DNA of 64,000 bases from an uncultured Gammaproteobacteria bacterium (lineage in GTDB: Bacteria > Patescibacteriota > Patescibacteriia > UBA10025 > JAHIVO01): positions 9,138-73,137 of the forward strand of contig CAYPXF010000004.1 in assembly GCA_964415025.1 (NCBI GenBank), written 5' to 3'. The notes below the pieces were generated by a model. The model saw only the letters and a list, made by a program, of their open reading frames with translations. It had not been told where the DNA came from and searched no databases. Position numbers and translations under genes: made by a program. Positions 26,582 through 36,536 of this stretch are shown one piece after another. Positions within the stretch are counted from its first letter, which is position 1; each line of letters begins with the position of its first letter.

Positions 26582-27448
26582 TTACTCCTCAAGCCACACC
26601 TCACTCCCATCACTCTTCAGTGTAATTGTGCCTAGCTCATCATTCCGCAGCGTAACAATACCCAGCCCGTGCAGCCGTTTGACTACCTGCCGATGAGGGT
26701 GGCCAAAATGATTGCCCTCGCCTGACTGAATAACAGCAAACCGCGGTGCGACCGCCTGTAAAAACTCAAGTGAAGACGAATATCTGCTGCCGTGATGGCC
26801 GACTTTTACCACGTCGCTTTTTAGCTGAACAGTTGAAGCGTGCTGATGCTGGAACAATTCCTCCTCAATACCAATCGACGCATCGCCCATAAATAGATAG
26901 GAGGTGCTGCCGTAAGTTAATTTCGTAACAACCGAACTGTCATTCAGATCATCGAATTCCTGCTCACTGATATCGGCCAGCGGATACAGCACCGACAATG
27001 CTGCTTGTTCAAAAACAAACCGCTGGCCACCGTGCGCAATGGTAACGGGAATTGCCTGCTCAATAATCAGCTCATGCCAGGCTCTGAATTCAGCAGCCTC
27101 ATGCTGGACACCAGCATACAGCACATGCCGCACCTCGTACCGTTTCAGAACCTCTACCAGCCCGGCCACATGATCTGCGTGCGCATGCGTCAGCACCATT
27201 AGTTCGATAATGTTATCATAAAACGGTAAGACGCGTCCGACTTTGCTCGCTACGCTTGCATCAGGGCCGCCGTCGATAAGCACGGTATAATCTGATGGCG
27301 TTTGAATCAGGATAGCGTCTCCCTGTCCCACATCCAGAAAATGCACTTCGAGGTAGTCACTATCCTGCCAGAGCAGAAATAATAATACACCGGCAATTAC
27401 TAATAATCCAGCCAAAATACCAATCGTCTTTTTCAGTCTCCTAGTCAT
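26582..27448 (-). CDS. Metallo-beta-lactamase domain protein corresponding to the ComEC C-terminal module, with its own N-terminal TM
   Basis: The MBL signature is present (HFLDVGQGDAILIQ....VLIDGG...LVLTHAHADHVAGL). Its ATG lies 5 nt upstream of the stop of the ComEC membrane gene (ATGACTAG). Confidence 0.7.
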   Translation of the reverse strand: MTRRLKKTIGILAGLLVIAGVLLFLLWQDSDYLEVHFLDVGQGDAILIQTPSDYTVLIDGGPDASVASKVGRVLPFYDNIIELMVLTHAHADHVAGLVEVLKRYEVRHVLYAGVQHEAAEFRAWHELIIEQAIPVTIAHGGQRFVFEQAALSVLYPLADISEQEFDDLNDSSVVTKLTYGSTSYLFMGDASIGIEEELFQHQHASTVQLKSDVVKVGHHGSRYSSSLEFLQAVAPRFAVIQSGEGNHFGHPHRQVVKRLHGLGIVTLRNDELGTITLKSDGSEVWLEE

Positions 27449-28967
27449 ACTGCTGGTATTTTCTTTTATTTTGAATTAACACTATCATGTTGAACAGGAT
27501 AAGGCCGTACCCAATTACCAGCCACCACCAGCTGACGACCCCCATATCAAACGAAGCAACAGAAAGCCGGCTGAATTGCTCAACAACGTAGAGAATATAG
27601 CTCAAAATAGTCCATACCAGCCAGCCACATACTGACCCTAGTACCGGCCATAGCAAGGCCAATATACCCATGATAAATCCCGCGCCCATGGCTATTGGAA
27701 TAGCCGGTAAAATAAGTACGTTAACAATCGGCGCCACCAAGGATAATCGGCCAAACTGATACACAATCAGCGGCAAAGTCATAAGCGTGGCCGACAGCGT
27801 AGCTACCATACTGGCACGTATTTCAAAAGTGCTGGGCAGCCAGGTAAAAAACCTTTCTAAAACTGGCGATATGTACACCAGCCCGATAGTAGCCAAAAAT
27901 GACAGCTGAAACCCGGCGTCAAAAACCAGCACCCGTGGATTCACCAGGAGCATAACCACCGCTGCCAGTACAAGCGTATTAGTAATACGGCTGGCTCTGC
28001 CGATCTGCGTAGCCAGCAATACCAGCATACCCATAATACCGGCGCGCACCACTGATGCCTGGGCGCCGGTTATCAGCACAAAAAACGTGATAGCGCCCAA
28101 TGACACCCAAAATGCGCCTCGTCGTGATATCCAGATATATTTACACAGGTTCAGCACCAGTACGGCAATAATTGTAATGTTATATCCAGATAGAGCAACA
28201 ATATGCGTCGTCCCCGTACGATTAAACTGCTCCATAATATCATCAGGAATTGCTTTTTTCGCGCCCAGAATGAGCCCGCCGAGAAACGACGCCTGCGGTT
28301 CGGGTAATGACTGCTGTACCGCCTGCACAAAACGGTGCTTGACTGCCAGCATGCCGTGCATAAGCGGATCTCCCTTTGCTGACGCCAATAGCGTAATCTG
28401 CGGCCGGTAACAAAGTGAATATATATTATAGCGGGCCAGATATTTATCATAATAAAACGTCCGCCCCGTCTCCTCATCAGTAATTGGTTCTGGCGTTTGC
28501 GGCGTGCAGCGCAATTTAATAACATCCCCGTACTGGTATGCTGGATACAGTGGGGTGTTAACGAGTATTTTGCCCTGCATGGTTTGTGGGAGCGTATCAG
28601 TTCCCTGCCGCACGTCTACTGTCAGCTTCACGTGATCAGTCCGTACGTCGGGCTCACCGCTAATAATACCGACGACTTCGACTGGCTGGCCATTATAGTA
28701 TTGGATTAAACCTGGAGTGACCTGCGGCACTGTTAGCGATGAACGGATAAACCCCAAACCAATACTTATGAATATTAACCCGATAACAATACCCTTACGA
28801 TTTGGCCAGGATACCGTGAGAATAATTATTCCGACACACGCGAGCGTGATCGCAATATATATAGGTACGGCCGCAAACGAAAATATGCCAACTCCGACTA
28901 TAAAAGCACAACAACTGATTAAAAATATATTGGCTTTGGTGAGTTTTGTTTGGGATGGTTGTGACAT
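27441..28967 (-). CDS. comEC: ComEC/Rec2 competence channel, membrane part (DUF4131 plus Competence domain). The likely start is the ATG at 28967.
   Basis: The protein is polytopic and carries the Competence-domain signature around HIVALSGYNITIIAVLVL. The ORF-track start at 29018 is a TTG, whereas MSQPSQ starts at the ATG at 28967. Confidence 0.7.
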   Translation of the reverse strand: MSQPSQTKLTKANIFLISCCAFIVGVGIFSFAAVPIYIAITLACVGIIILTVSWPNRKGIVIGLIFISIGLGFIRSSLTVPQVTPGLIQYYNGQPVEVVGIISGEPDVRTDHVKLTVDVRQGTDTLPQTMQGKILVNTPLYPAYQYGDVIKLRCTPQTPEPITDEETGRTFYYDKYLARYNIYSLCYRPQITLLASAKGDPLMHGMLAVKHRFVQAVQQSLPEPQASFLGGLILGAKKAIPDDIMEQFNRTGTTHIVALSGYNITIIAVLVLNLCKYIWISRRGAFWVSLGAITFFVLITGAQASVVRAGIMGMLVLLATQIGRASRITNTLVLAAVVMLLVNPRVLVFDAGFQLSFLATIGLVYISPVLERFFTWLPSTFEIRASMVATLSATLMTLPLIVYQFGRLSLVAPIVNVLILPAIPIAMGAGFIMGILALLWPVLGSVCGWLVWTILSYILYVVEQFSRLSVASFDMGVVSWWWLVIGYGLILFNMIVLIQNKRKYQQYD

Positions 28968-28972
28968 ATTGA

Positions 28973-29612
28973 CTAGGTACCGAATCGTGTTAAAACTTCT
29001 ATCATACCGCTGCCACAATAATAACTTGATATGCTCGAATAAGTATAACCAATGGCTTGTTTAACCAAACCAGCTTTTACCGGGTTATTGTGAATATAAT
29101 TAAGCTTCTGAAAATATTTTTCTTGAGAATAAATAGTAAAGTCATAAAATGAAGTTTGCCAAATTTTAATAGCCTCACGGAATGTAATATTTTTTTTAGT
29201 AGCCACGCATTTAACTGCTTTTGACCGTTTATGCTTGAACACCCACTTATTTTTGTGGGCGGGCGAGATTTTAATGCCCTGCCCGTTATTCAACGGCATA
29301 AAAGCCTTGATACCCATAGACAGATATATAATCAAAAATCATTTTAACTGACCTGCCTTTAATCCGATGAAGAATTGTCGATATATCCAACTCTTTATTT
29401 TTTTGCCACTCCCACCAAATTAAAATATATACATGATTCGGCATTATACAATCCCCCAATATCTCAAATCCCAATTTCTTCCAATAATACGCAATACTAT
29501 CCAACAATATTAAACTGCACACATAATTATTGAAATAAGGAAAATGTTTATGTGCGGCAGTAGCAACAAAACGGACGCGCCCTGGAACATTATACTTTGG
29601 CATTGATACCAT
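28973..29612 (-). pseudogene. Second RAYT-like Y1 HUH transposase gene, disrupted by a frameshift into two overlapping ORFs
   Basis: ORF 29286..29612 holds the HUH motif (MPNHVYILI). ORF 28973..29335 holds the Tyr motif (YIHNNPVKAGLV). The two overlap at 29286-29335 in different frames. Together they parallel the intact paralog at 25955..26515. Confidence 0.55.
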
Positions 29613-29643
29613 AAAAACAAAACCTTCCCGTGGGGAAGGTTTG
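29611..29643 (-). terminator. Intrinsic terminator after glmS (AAACCTTCCC-loop-GGGAAGGTTT followed by a T-run on the minus strand)
   Basis: A perfect 10-bp stem is followed by TGTTTTTAT in the minus sense, about 50 nt after the glmS stop. Confidence 0.5.
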
Positions 29644-29694
29644 GTAGTTTTTTAATTATGATTACTTTACCACACGGCTATAGATGCCGTCAAA

Positions 29695-31587
29695 TCACTC
29701 AACCGTGACTGACTTTGCCAAGTTGCGCGGTTTATCAGGATCGTGTCCGCGCAACACCGCAATTTCATAGGACAATAGCTGCAGCGGTACAGCGGCAATA
29801 ATCGGCACGAGATGAGCGAGCGTATTAGGAATTTCGATAACCCATTCAGCCATTTTGGCGATGTCACTGTCTCCTTCATTCACAATGGCAATAATACGTC
29901 CGCCGCGCGCCCTCACTTCCTCGGCATTGGAAGCGATTTTTTCATAGCTGATCGGTTCTTCGCTATCCTTTGGCGCGATAATCACTACTGGCATATCCTT
30001 ATCAATCAGCGCGATCGGACCGTGCTTCATTTCAGCTGCAGAATATCCCTCGGCATGGATATATGATATTTCCTTGAGCTTCAGCGCGCCCTCCAGGGCA
30101 ATGGGAAAATTATAGCCGCGGCCGAGGTAGAGAAAATGAGCGCTGTCCCTAAATTCTCGGGCAATTTTCTTGATCACGCTGCCGTTATCATTATTATAAA
30201 CTGCCTGTAACACGCACATCACTTTTTCTGGAATAAACAGCAGCTCATTAACAATTTTCTGAAAATCTATTCGTGGTATGCGCGGCTGGCTATTATCCAG
30301 CGGCTGTACCCGATCTAAATACTCCGCCAATCCCAGGTTGAGCTGTGATAAGGCGGCCACCTGACACGAAAACGCCTTGGTCGAGGCCACGCCGATCTCC
30401 GGGCCAGCGTGCAGATAGATGCCGCCGTCTACCTCACGAGCAATGGTCGAACCGACCGCATTAACAATACCCAGGGTATGAGCCCCTTTTTGGCGAGCTA
30501 GATCAAGGGCGCCTTTTGTGTCGGCTGTTTCGCCTGATTGGGAGATAAATACCGCCAATGTATTTGGCAAAAACACTGGTTCACGATAGCGGAATTCTGA
30601 TGCTTGTTCGCACGTCACCGGTACCCGTAAAATCTTTTCCATGAGAAATGACGCTACGAGGCCGGCATGCCATGAGGTGCCGCACGCCAGCAGCTTAATA
30701 TTACTGATCTGGGGCAAGGCCTCTGCAAAACCGTTTTCCAAGCAGCGCAGTCGTATGCTGGTGCCATCTTTCTGAATATGGCCAGACAGAGTGTTTTGTA
30801 TCGCTTCCGGTTGCTCGTGGATTTCTTTGAGCATAAAATGCGGAAACCCTGATTTTTCGATCATTTCCAAATCCCAGGTAATTTGTTCTACGTCCTTGTT
30901 AATCTCCTTATTATCCAGTGTGCTGATGCGGTAACCAGTGCTGTTGAGAGTGATCATCTCTCCGTCATTCAAATAAATAACCCGCCGCGTATAGGGTAAA
31001 ATCGCCGACGCGTCTGAAGCCACAAAATATTCCCCTTCCTTCACTCCTATCACCAGCGGACTGCCATTCCTGGCTGCGACGATTTTTTTCGGTTCGCTAC
31101 TGCTAATCACGACAATACCGTACGCTCCCTGCAGCATCGGTAGGACGCGCTGAACCGCCTGCTCTAGACCGTGACCAGGATAGTACTTTTCTATGAGGTG
31201 CGTGATTACTTCAGTATCCGTATCAGAGCGAAAGGTGTGTCCCTCTTGCTGCAACAGCGTGCGCAAAGATCGATAATTTTCGATAATACCGTTATGAACC
31301 AGGGCAATAGTTCCAGTACAATCATGGTGCGGGTGAGCATTTATTTCTGATGGCTCTCCGTGCGTTGCCCAGCGGGTATGAGCAATCCCGATCGATCCGG
31401 ATAATGCCTGCTGGGCCAGCGCTTGCTCCAGTGAGACAATCTTGCCGATGGTTTTTTTCATGTGCAGACCATTATCAACAGTGGCCATACCAGCTGAATC
31501 ATAGCCGCGGTATTCGAGACGTTTTAAGCCCTCCAGTAGCACCGGCATTGCCGGCCGGGTGCCAATATATCCGACGATTCCACACAT
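29695..31587 (-). CDS. glmS: Glutamine--fructose-6-phosphate aminotransferase
   Basis: It has the N-terminal MCGIVGYIG class-II amidotransferase Cys2 and two SIS domains. The protein is 630 aa long. Confidence 0.9.
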   Translation of the reverse strand: MCGIVGYIGTRPAMPVLLEGLKRLEYRGYDSAGMATVDNGLHMKKTIGKIVSLEQALAQQALSGSIGIAHTRWATHGEPSEINAHPHHDCTGTIALVHNGIIENYRSLRTLLQQEGHTFRSDTDTEVITHLIEKYYPGHGLEQAVQRVLPMLQGAYGIVVISSSEPKKIVAARNGSPLVIGVKEGEYFVASDASAILPYTRRVIYLNDGEMITLNSTGYRISTLDNKEINKDVEQITWDLEMIEKSGFPHFMLKEIHEQPEAIQNTLSGHIQKDGTSIRLRCLENGFAEALPQISNIKLLACGTSWHAGLVASFLMEKILRVPVTCEQASEFRYREPVFLPNTLAVFISQSGETADTKGALDLARQKGAHTLGIVNAVGSTIAREVDGGIYLHAGPEIGVASTKAFSCQVAALSQLNLGLAEYLDRVQPLDNSQPRIPRIDFQKIVNELLFIPEKVMCVLQAVYNNDNGSVIKKIAREFRDSAHFLYLGRGYNFPIALEGALKLKEISYIHAEGYSAAEMKHGPIALIDKDMPVVIIAPKDSEEPISYEKIASNAEEVRARGGRIIAIVNEGDSDIAKMAEWVIEIPNTLAHLVPIIAAVPLQLLSYEIAVLRGHDPDKPRNLAKSVTVE

Positions 31588-31727
31588 ATAGTAACAATAT
31601 TAATAATGTCAGTTCTTATGATATGATTTAATCAAATTGTATTTTTGGTTTTTGTTTCGAATTTCTCCCGCCTCTGGCGGGATTCTACCCTGCTTATTTT
31701 AAAAATAGATATTTGTGGCGGAGGATA

Positions 31728-32851
31728 TTAGGATTTCGAATTTTGCTTATGTGCATACAGTCGCAGATAGTGCTCAATAAATACATCGAGGTCACCGTCA
31801 AGTACCGCCTGGACATCGCTTGTTTCGTGCTTGGTGCGGTGATCCTTGACCATGGTGTAGGGGTGCAGTACGTATGAACGTACTTGATTGCCCCAGGCCG
31901 CTTCCTGATATTCACCGCGTAGTTTCTGTTTTTCTTCCTGCTGCTCTGTTTGCTGCAGCTGATGTAGTTTGCTTTTGAGAATTTTCAACGCAGTTTCCTT
32001 ATTCTGCTGTTGAGAGCGTTCATTCTGACATGAAACAGTAATACCGGTCGGTTCATGCACGATCCGGACCGCGGAATAGGTGGTATTGACCGATTGTCCG
32101 CCATGCCCTGACGACATAAAGGTATCTATACGCAAATCTTTGTCATCGAGCTTGGCTGCGGCTGTTTCGCCGAGATCAGGCAGTGTCTCAACCAGGGCAA
32201 ATGACGTGTGCCGCATCTTTTCTGCGTCAAAGGGTGATATCCGCACTAATCGATGTACGCCGGCTTCTGCCTTCATATGGCCGTAGGCATAGCGTCCCTG
32301 TATTTCAAAAGTGACGCTCTTAATTCCCGCTTCAGCGCCGCTCGATTCATGCAGCACACGCACCAGCCATCCTTTTTGCTCGGCGTACCGGATATACATC
32401 CGTAACAGCATACCGGCCCAGTCCTGGGCGTCCACGCCACCTGCTCCGGCGTGAATCGCTATAATCGCGTTTTTCTGATCATGTTCTCCGGCGAGGAGAA
32501 TATAGAATTCCAGTGATGCGAATTGCTCCTCTAATTCAGCAATTTTTTTCTCGATTTCTTTTTGCAGCGAGGTGTCATTTTCTCGTTCAGATTCCTGCGC
32601 CATATCGAGGATGCTCTTCACTTCATCACTGATAGACTGCCAGCGATCCAGCTCTGATGTCAGCTCATCAAACTCCTGGCTGGTACGTTTTGCCCGATCC
32701 GGGTTACCCCAAAAATCAGGCTCGGCCATGACATACTCTAATTCCGTGACCCTGTTTTTTACTGTATCAAGGTCAAAGATACCTCCAGGTACGGAGAATT
32801 TTGGCGTCCAGTGCCTTAATCCTCTCAATTAATTCCTTCATAGATATGGTT
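31728..32851 (-). CDS. prfB: Peptide chain release factor 2 with a programmed +1 frameshift. Frame 0 runs ATG 32851 to CTT; the +1 frame continues from 32782.
   Basis: Frame 0 encodes MKELIERIKALDAKILRTWRYL and then TGA. The +1 frame continues DLDTVKNRVTELEYV..., aligning with the RF2 N-terminus. SPF/GGQ-type RF domains lie downstream. Confidence 0.85.
32782..32797 (-). other. prfB autoregulatory +1 frameshift site: internal SD GGAGG, 3-nt spacer, CTT TGA C
   Basis: The minus-sense sequence is TGGAGGTATCTTTGAC, the classic RF2 recoding cassette. Confidence 0.8.
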
Positions 32852-32896
32852 CCTCAATGTATGTAATGATATAGAAAACAAAGTTATTTGGCAAAT

Positions 32897-32925
32897 TTGA
32901 CACCGGCACTAACCGCCCCTATACT
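32897..32925 (+). promoter_or_regulatory. Candidate glnA promoter: TTGACA, 17-nt spacer, TATACT
   Basis: The -35 and -10 hexamers are close to consensus, about 117 nt upstream of the glnA ATG. Confidence 0.45.
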
Positions 32926-32970
32926 GTAGCTACAGACTTGTTCGTCTGAAAAATTTCATACCATATCATA

Positions 32971-33000
32971 AGGAGCCGGGAGGGCTCCTGTTCTGATTTT
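32971..33000 (+). promoter_or_regulatory. Hairpin in the glnA 5' leader (AGGAGCC-loop-GGCTCCT followed by GTTCTGATTTT); possible attenuator or regulatory structure
   Basis: A 7-bp GC-rich stem is followed by a U-rich tract, between the candidate promoter and the RBS (AAGGAGG at 33030). Confidence 0.3.
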
Positions 33001-33041
33001 GGAAATAACGTTTGAACCTTTAAAAAAACAAGGAGGTCCGC

Positions 33042-34370
33042 ATGGCTCGGACAAAAAAATTAAAAGGCTGGATTCAAGAAAAGCTTAAATCAGTAGACAA
33101 CATCATGCTCGTCTTTGTAGATGTGCTGGGGCGGATCAAAGAAATAACCCTGACCAAGCATGAATTCCTCGATATGCTAAATACTGGACAGGGTTTTGAC
33201 GGTTCATCAGTACGCGGTTTTGCCCGACTCGAGGAATCAGACCTGCAGCTCGATATCAGGCCTGATTCGTTCCGCCTCCTGCCGGCAGAACTGGCCGGCA
33301 ATCAAAAACCAATCGGCATTTTCTTCTGCGATATCCGGACGTTTGAGGGACGGATCTACCCCGGCGATTCGCGTCAGTGCCTGAAGCGTGCTTTGCGGCG
33401 GCTGGCTCGCCAGGGATATCGGCTGCATGTGGGTCCCGAACTCGAGTTTTTCCTGTTTTGTGACGGCCAGCCGATTGACGCTGACAGTTACTTCGACGCG
33501 TCCATGAACACGAAATCAATCGCCCTGCGCAGTCAGATTACTGAAACACTGGAATCGATGGGTATTGCGGTCGAGGCGATCCACCATGAAGTAGCCCACT
33601 CCCAATATGAAATCGATTTCAAACATCAAGAAGCGCTAACCATGGCCGATCAGCTGATCCTTATTCGCTGGATTATCAAACTGATTGCCAACTCGCACGG
33701 ACTGCAGGCAGTGTTTACGCCAAAACCGATCGAAGGAATAAACGGCTCGGGCATGCATACCCACCTTTCACTGTTTAGCAAGGAGGGTACAAACTGTTTC
33801 TTCAGTCCGCGTCATGAGATGAACCTGTCACCGCTGGCACGTTCGTTCACGGCCGGGATACTGCAGCACGTACGCGCGTTTACGATCGTCACAAACCAGA
33901 CAGTGAATTCATTTCGCCGACTGGTACCGGGCTATGAAGCGCCGGTCTATATTTCCTGGGGACGGCACAACCGTTCGTCGCTGGTACGCGTTCCCGGCTA
34001 CCGAGAGGGTAAAGAAGCTGCGGTCCGTATTGAACTGCGTTCACCTGATCCGCTGTGCAATCCCTACCTGGCTTTTACAGTCATGCTCGAAGCCGGTATG
34101 GACGGGGTAGCCCATGATCTGAAACTGCCGCAGCGCGTCGAGGATAACATCTTCGAGCTGTCTCCGGCTGAAGTGGCCAAGCGCCGCATTGAGACACTGC
34201 CCGGCTCTTTGCAAGAAGCGATAACCTGTACACAGGATAGTTCGTTTCTGCGGCAAGCCCTCGGCAGCCATATTTTCCGGGCATTTCTGGACAACAAAAG
34301 CCAGGAATGGGAGCGCTTCCGCCTGCGGATTGATCCGCGCGAAGTAGCTGATACCATTGCAGAATATTGA
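33042..34370 (+). CDS. glnA: Glutamine synthetase (type I-like)
   Basis: GS signature motifs are present (GPELEFFLF, NGSGMHTHLSLF and a C-terminal catalytic region). The protein is 442 aa long. Confidence 0.8.
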   Translation: MARTKKLKGWIQEKLKSVDNIMLVFVDVLGRIKEITLTKHEFLDMLNTGQGFDGSSVRGFARLEESDLQLDIRPDSFRLLPAELAGNQKPIGIFFCDIRTFEGRIYPGDSRQCLKRALRRLARQGYRLHVGPELEFFLFCDGQPIDADSYFDASMNTKSIALRSQITETLESMGIAVEAIHHEVAHSQYEIDFKHQEALTMADQLILIRWIIKLIANSHGLQAVFTPKPIEGINGSGMHTHLSLFSKEGTNCFFSPRHEMNLSPLARSFTAGILQHVRAFTIVTNQTVNSFRRLVPGYEAPVYISWGRHNRSSLVRVPGYREGKEAAVRIELRSPDPLCNPYLAFTVMLEAGMDGVAHDLKLPQRVEDNIFELSPAEVAKRRIETLPGSLQEAITCTQDSSFLRQALGSHIFRAFLDNKSQEWERFRLRIDPREVADTIAEY

Positions 34371-34379
34371 GCTATACCA

Positions 34380-34417
34380 AACCCCCACACTCATGATAAG
34401 TGCGGGGGTATTTTTTA
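34380..34417 (+). terminator. Intrinsic terminator after glnA (ACCCCCACACT-loop-AGTGCGGGGGT followed by TTTTTTAT)
   Basis: A GC-rich stem with one mismatch is followed by a T-run 10 nt after the stop. Confidence 0.5.
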
Positions 34418-34428
34418 TAACAATACGA

Positions 34429-34911
34429 TTATTCTTCCCTGTGCTGTTCTTCCTGTTTAGCAATCATCCCATCAGCAAAATACCGGTAAAATTCTTCGAG
34501 CGGCTCGCCCGGCTTCATACGCTCATGTTCAGAAATGGCCCGGATAAACTCGTTCTCTGATTTGGCTGATTGAGCTGCATCAACTAATGCTTGTAGCAGT
34601 TGGTCAATGTGTTCATGATCAGCGAGATCGGCTTCATCAAGCGTATCGCGAAATTCACTGAACACTTCACGTAGCGAGGTACTGGCTTCTTCTATTGTGC
34701 CGAGTGCCCATTGTTCCCCATTTTGGTAAGGCTTCATGCGTTCATAAAAATCCTTAAACGTCTCTATCTCTGCTTTGAAAATAGCTTCCCGGTCCTGGTG
34801 CGCTGTTTCATCTCGGTATTCTGGATCACGACCCGCACCAGGCGGCTCTTCGAATTCTGATTCCGGTTCTGTGGAAATATGTCCCCGTTCAGAGGCGATG
34901 CGTTCTGGCAT
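34429..34911 (-). CDS. Hypothetical acidic cytoplasmic protein (160 aa)
   Basis: The ORF lies in the same direction as htrA and sits tightly against it. No motif was recognised. Confidence 0.45.
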   Translation of the reverse strand: MPERIASERGHISTEPESEFEEPPGAGRDPEYRDETAHQDREAIFKAEIETFKDFYERMKPYQNGEQWALGTIEEASTSLREVFSEFRDTLDEADLADHEHIDQLLQALVDAAQSAKSENEFIRAISEHERMKPGEPLEEFYRYFADGMIAKQEEQHREE

Positions 34912-34933
34912 AGTGTTGTGTTAATAAGTAAGA

Positions 34934-36244
34934 TTAATTTTCTACCTGCTCCAGGGTGGCACTCACCTGCTTTTCCTCGCCGTCGTGCAATACGGTCAGG
35001 GTAACAGTATCCCCTGGATTATACTGCTGCAAGAGCTTGGCCAGGCTGCGACCCTCGTTAATCTCCTGATCATTTACCTCGAGAATGATGTCATTCTCCT
35101 CCAGGCCAGCCTTATCAGCTGGACTGCCTGGAATCACGGCTAATTCAGTTGGTTCGTCGCCGCGCACCAGGAGCGCGCCTTGTTTTACCGATAAATTATT
35201 TCGTTCGGCAATCTGCTCATTGAGTAACATGTACCTGACTCCTAGATATGGTCGGACAATCTCACCGTACTCCTGGACGCTGTCAATAGCGCGCTTAGCC
35301 TGATTAATAGGAATGGCAAATCCCAGCAGCTGGCCCTCACGGCTGATAGCCGTATTCACGCCAACTACCTGGCCGGCCAGATTAATCAGCGGTCCGCCTG
35401 AATTGCCGAAGTTAATGGCGGCATCAGTCTGTATAATATTTTCCAGCGTTTCAGACTGGCTGGCACTGCCGGCTGTAATAGTCCGCGACAGGCCTGAAAC
35501 AATACCGCGAGTCACAGAATTCTGGTACTGCCCCAGCGCGTTGCCGATGGCAATCACCGTCTGTCCAATCTCGAGATCATCAGAATCGCCAAGCGCCAGC
35601 GGGGTAAGATTGTCTGCGTCAATCTTGATAATGGCTATGTCATTAAACGGATCCGTGTCCAATACCGTAGCCTCGTATTCAGTGCCATTGTTCAGGATAA
35701 CCGTATACGAAGCGTCGGTCACGTCAACCACGTGCTTATTAGTCACGATCATGCCGTCACTAGTAATGATAAATCCGGTGCCCGCGCCGACCTGCTGCTC
35801 ACCCTGCGGCGGCTCATAAGGCAATGAAAAATTAAACAAATCCCCAAACGGAAAAACATTCGGCCCGGTAGAATCATACAGCGCGGCTAAATCCTGGGTC
35901 ACCACGATACTGACTACGCTGGGCGTTACCTTTTCGACCGCATCAATCGTCGCCGAATCCTCATCTACAGTAATAATAGTATCAGTATCTACCGCATCTG
36001 TAGTTACCTGTCCGGCATTAATCTGTCCCAACACATTGCGCTGTATCCATGTCGAGACATCACTGTTCGTACTGGCAAGCGTGCCAAAAACAAGGCCGGA
36101 TAATCCTCCGACAATAATACTAGCCACGACCACGCCAATAACCAAGTTACGCAATACATCAGCGGCAAACGTAACGGTAGATTTTGCCGACCGCTTGGCA
36201 GCGTGTTGGTAAGACGTGTTATTATTATTTGTTTTCTTTTGCAT
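34934..36244 (-). CDS. htrA: HtrA/DegP-family serine protease with a C-terminal PDZ domain
   Basis: The catalytic triad context is present (TNKHVV for His, DIAII for Asp, GNSGGPLIN for Ser). It has an N-terminal TM and a PDZ-like C-terminus. Confidence 0.85.
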   Translation of the reverse strand: MQKKTNNNNTSYQHAAKRSAKSTVTFAADVLRNLVIGVVVASIIVGGLSGLVFGTLASTNSDVSTWIQRNVLGQINAGQVTTDAVDTDTIITVDEDSATIDAVEKVTPSVVSIVVTQDLAALYDSTGPNVFPFGDLFNFSLPYEPPQGEQQVGAGTGFIITSDGMIVTNKHVVDVTDASYTVILNNGTEYEATVLDTDPFNDIAIIKIDADNLTPLALGDSDDLEIGQTVIAIGNALGQYQNSVTRGIVSGLSRTITAGSASQSETLENIIQTDAAINFGNSGGPLINLAGQVVGVNTAISREGQLLGFAIPINQAKRAIDSVQEYGEIVRPYLGVRYMLLNEQIAERNNLSVKQGALLVRGDEPTELAVIPGSPADKAGLEENDIILEVNDQEINEGRSLAKLLQQYNPGDTVTLTVLHDGEEKQVSATLEQVEN

Positions 36245-36321
36245 AGTTGTTCAATAAAGCGTTTATACACCTAGCACTCCTTATTATGTAATCTTATTTC
36301 ATAATGTCAAATCGTGCACTG

Positions 36322-36534
36322 CTACATCCCTAATATCCCGCCATAATACGATTCAACAGTTTGCATCATCCAGGGAATAGCGATTATGCCAGCGAGTAAG
36401 GGCAGCACAATTATAATTATTCCAATGACCAGGCTCCATATGCGTATGCGGCGTTGTTTTTCGAGTGATGCCCGAATTTCCTCCATCAGGGAAATATTTT
36501 GTTTGATAAGCTTTTTCAGCTCTTCGTCTGGCAT
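36322..36534 (-). CDS. Small single-TM protein (70 aa)
   Basis: It starts 2 nt after the deacetylase gene stop, and has a coiled N-terminus and one hydrophobic helix. Confidence 0.4.
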   Translation of the reverse strand: MPDEELKKLIKQNISLMEEIRASLEKQRRIRIWSLVIGIIIIVLPLLAGIIAIPWMMQTVESYYGGILGM

Positions 36535-36536
36535 TT

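Noticed and set aside
29018-29018. TTG start for comEC at 29018
   Set aside because: An in-frame ATG at 28967 starts the first hydrophobic segment and avoids a 46-nt overlap with the upstream RAYT fragment.
31588-31727. Possible glmS ribozyme in the glmS 5' region (a GGATTTCGAATTTTGC-like string)
   Set aside because: The similarity is on the wrong strand relative to glmS and overlaps the prfB stop. I could identify no ribozyme core (P1-P2 pseudoknot). Most likely it is just promoter DNA.
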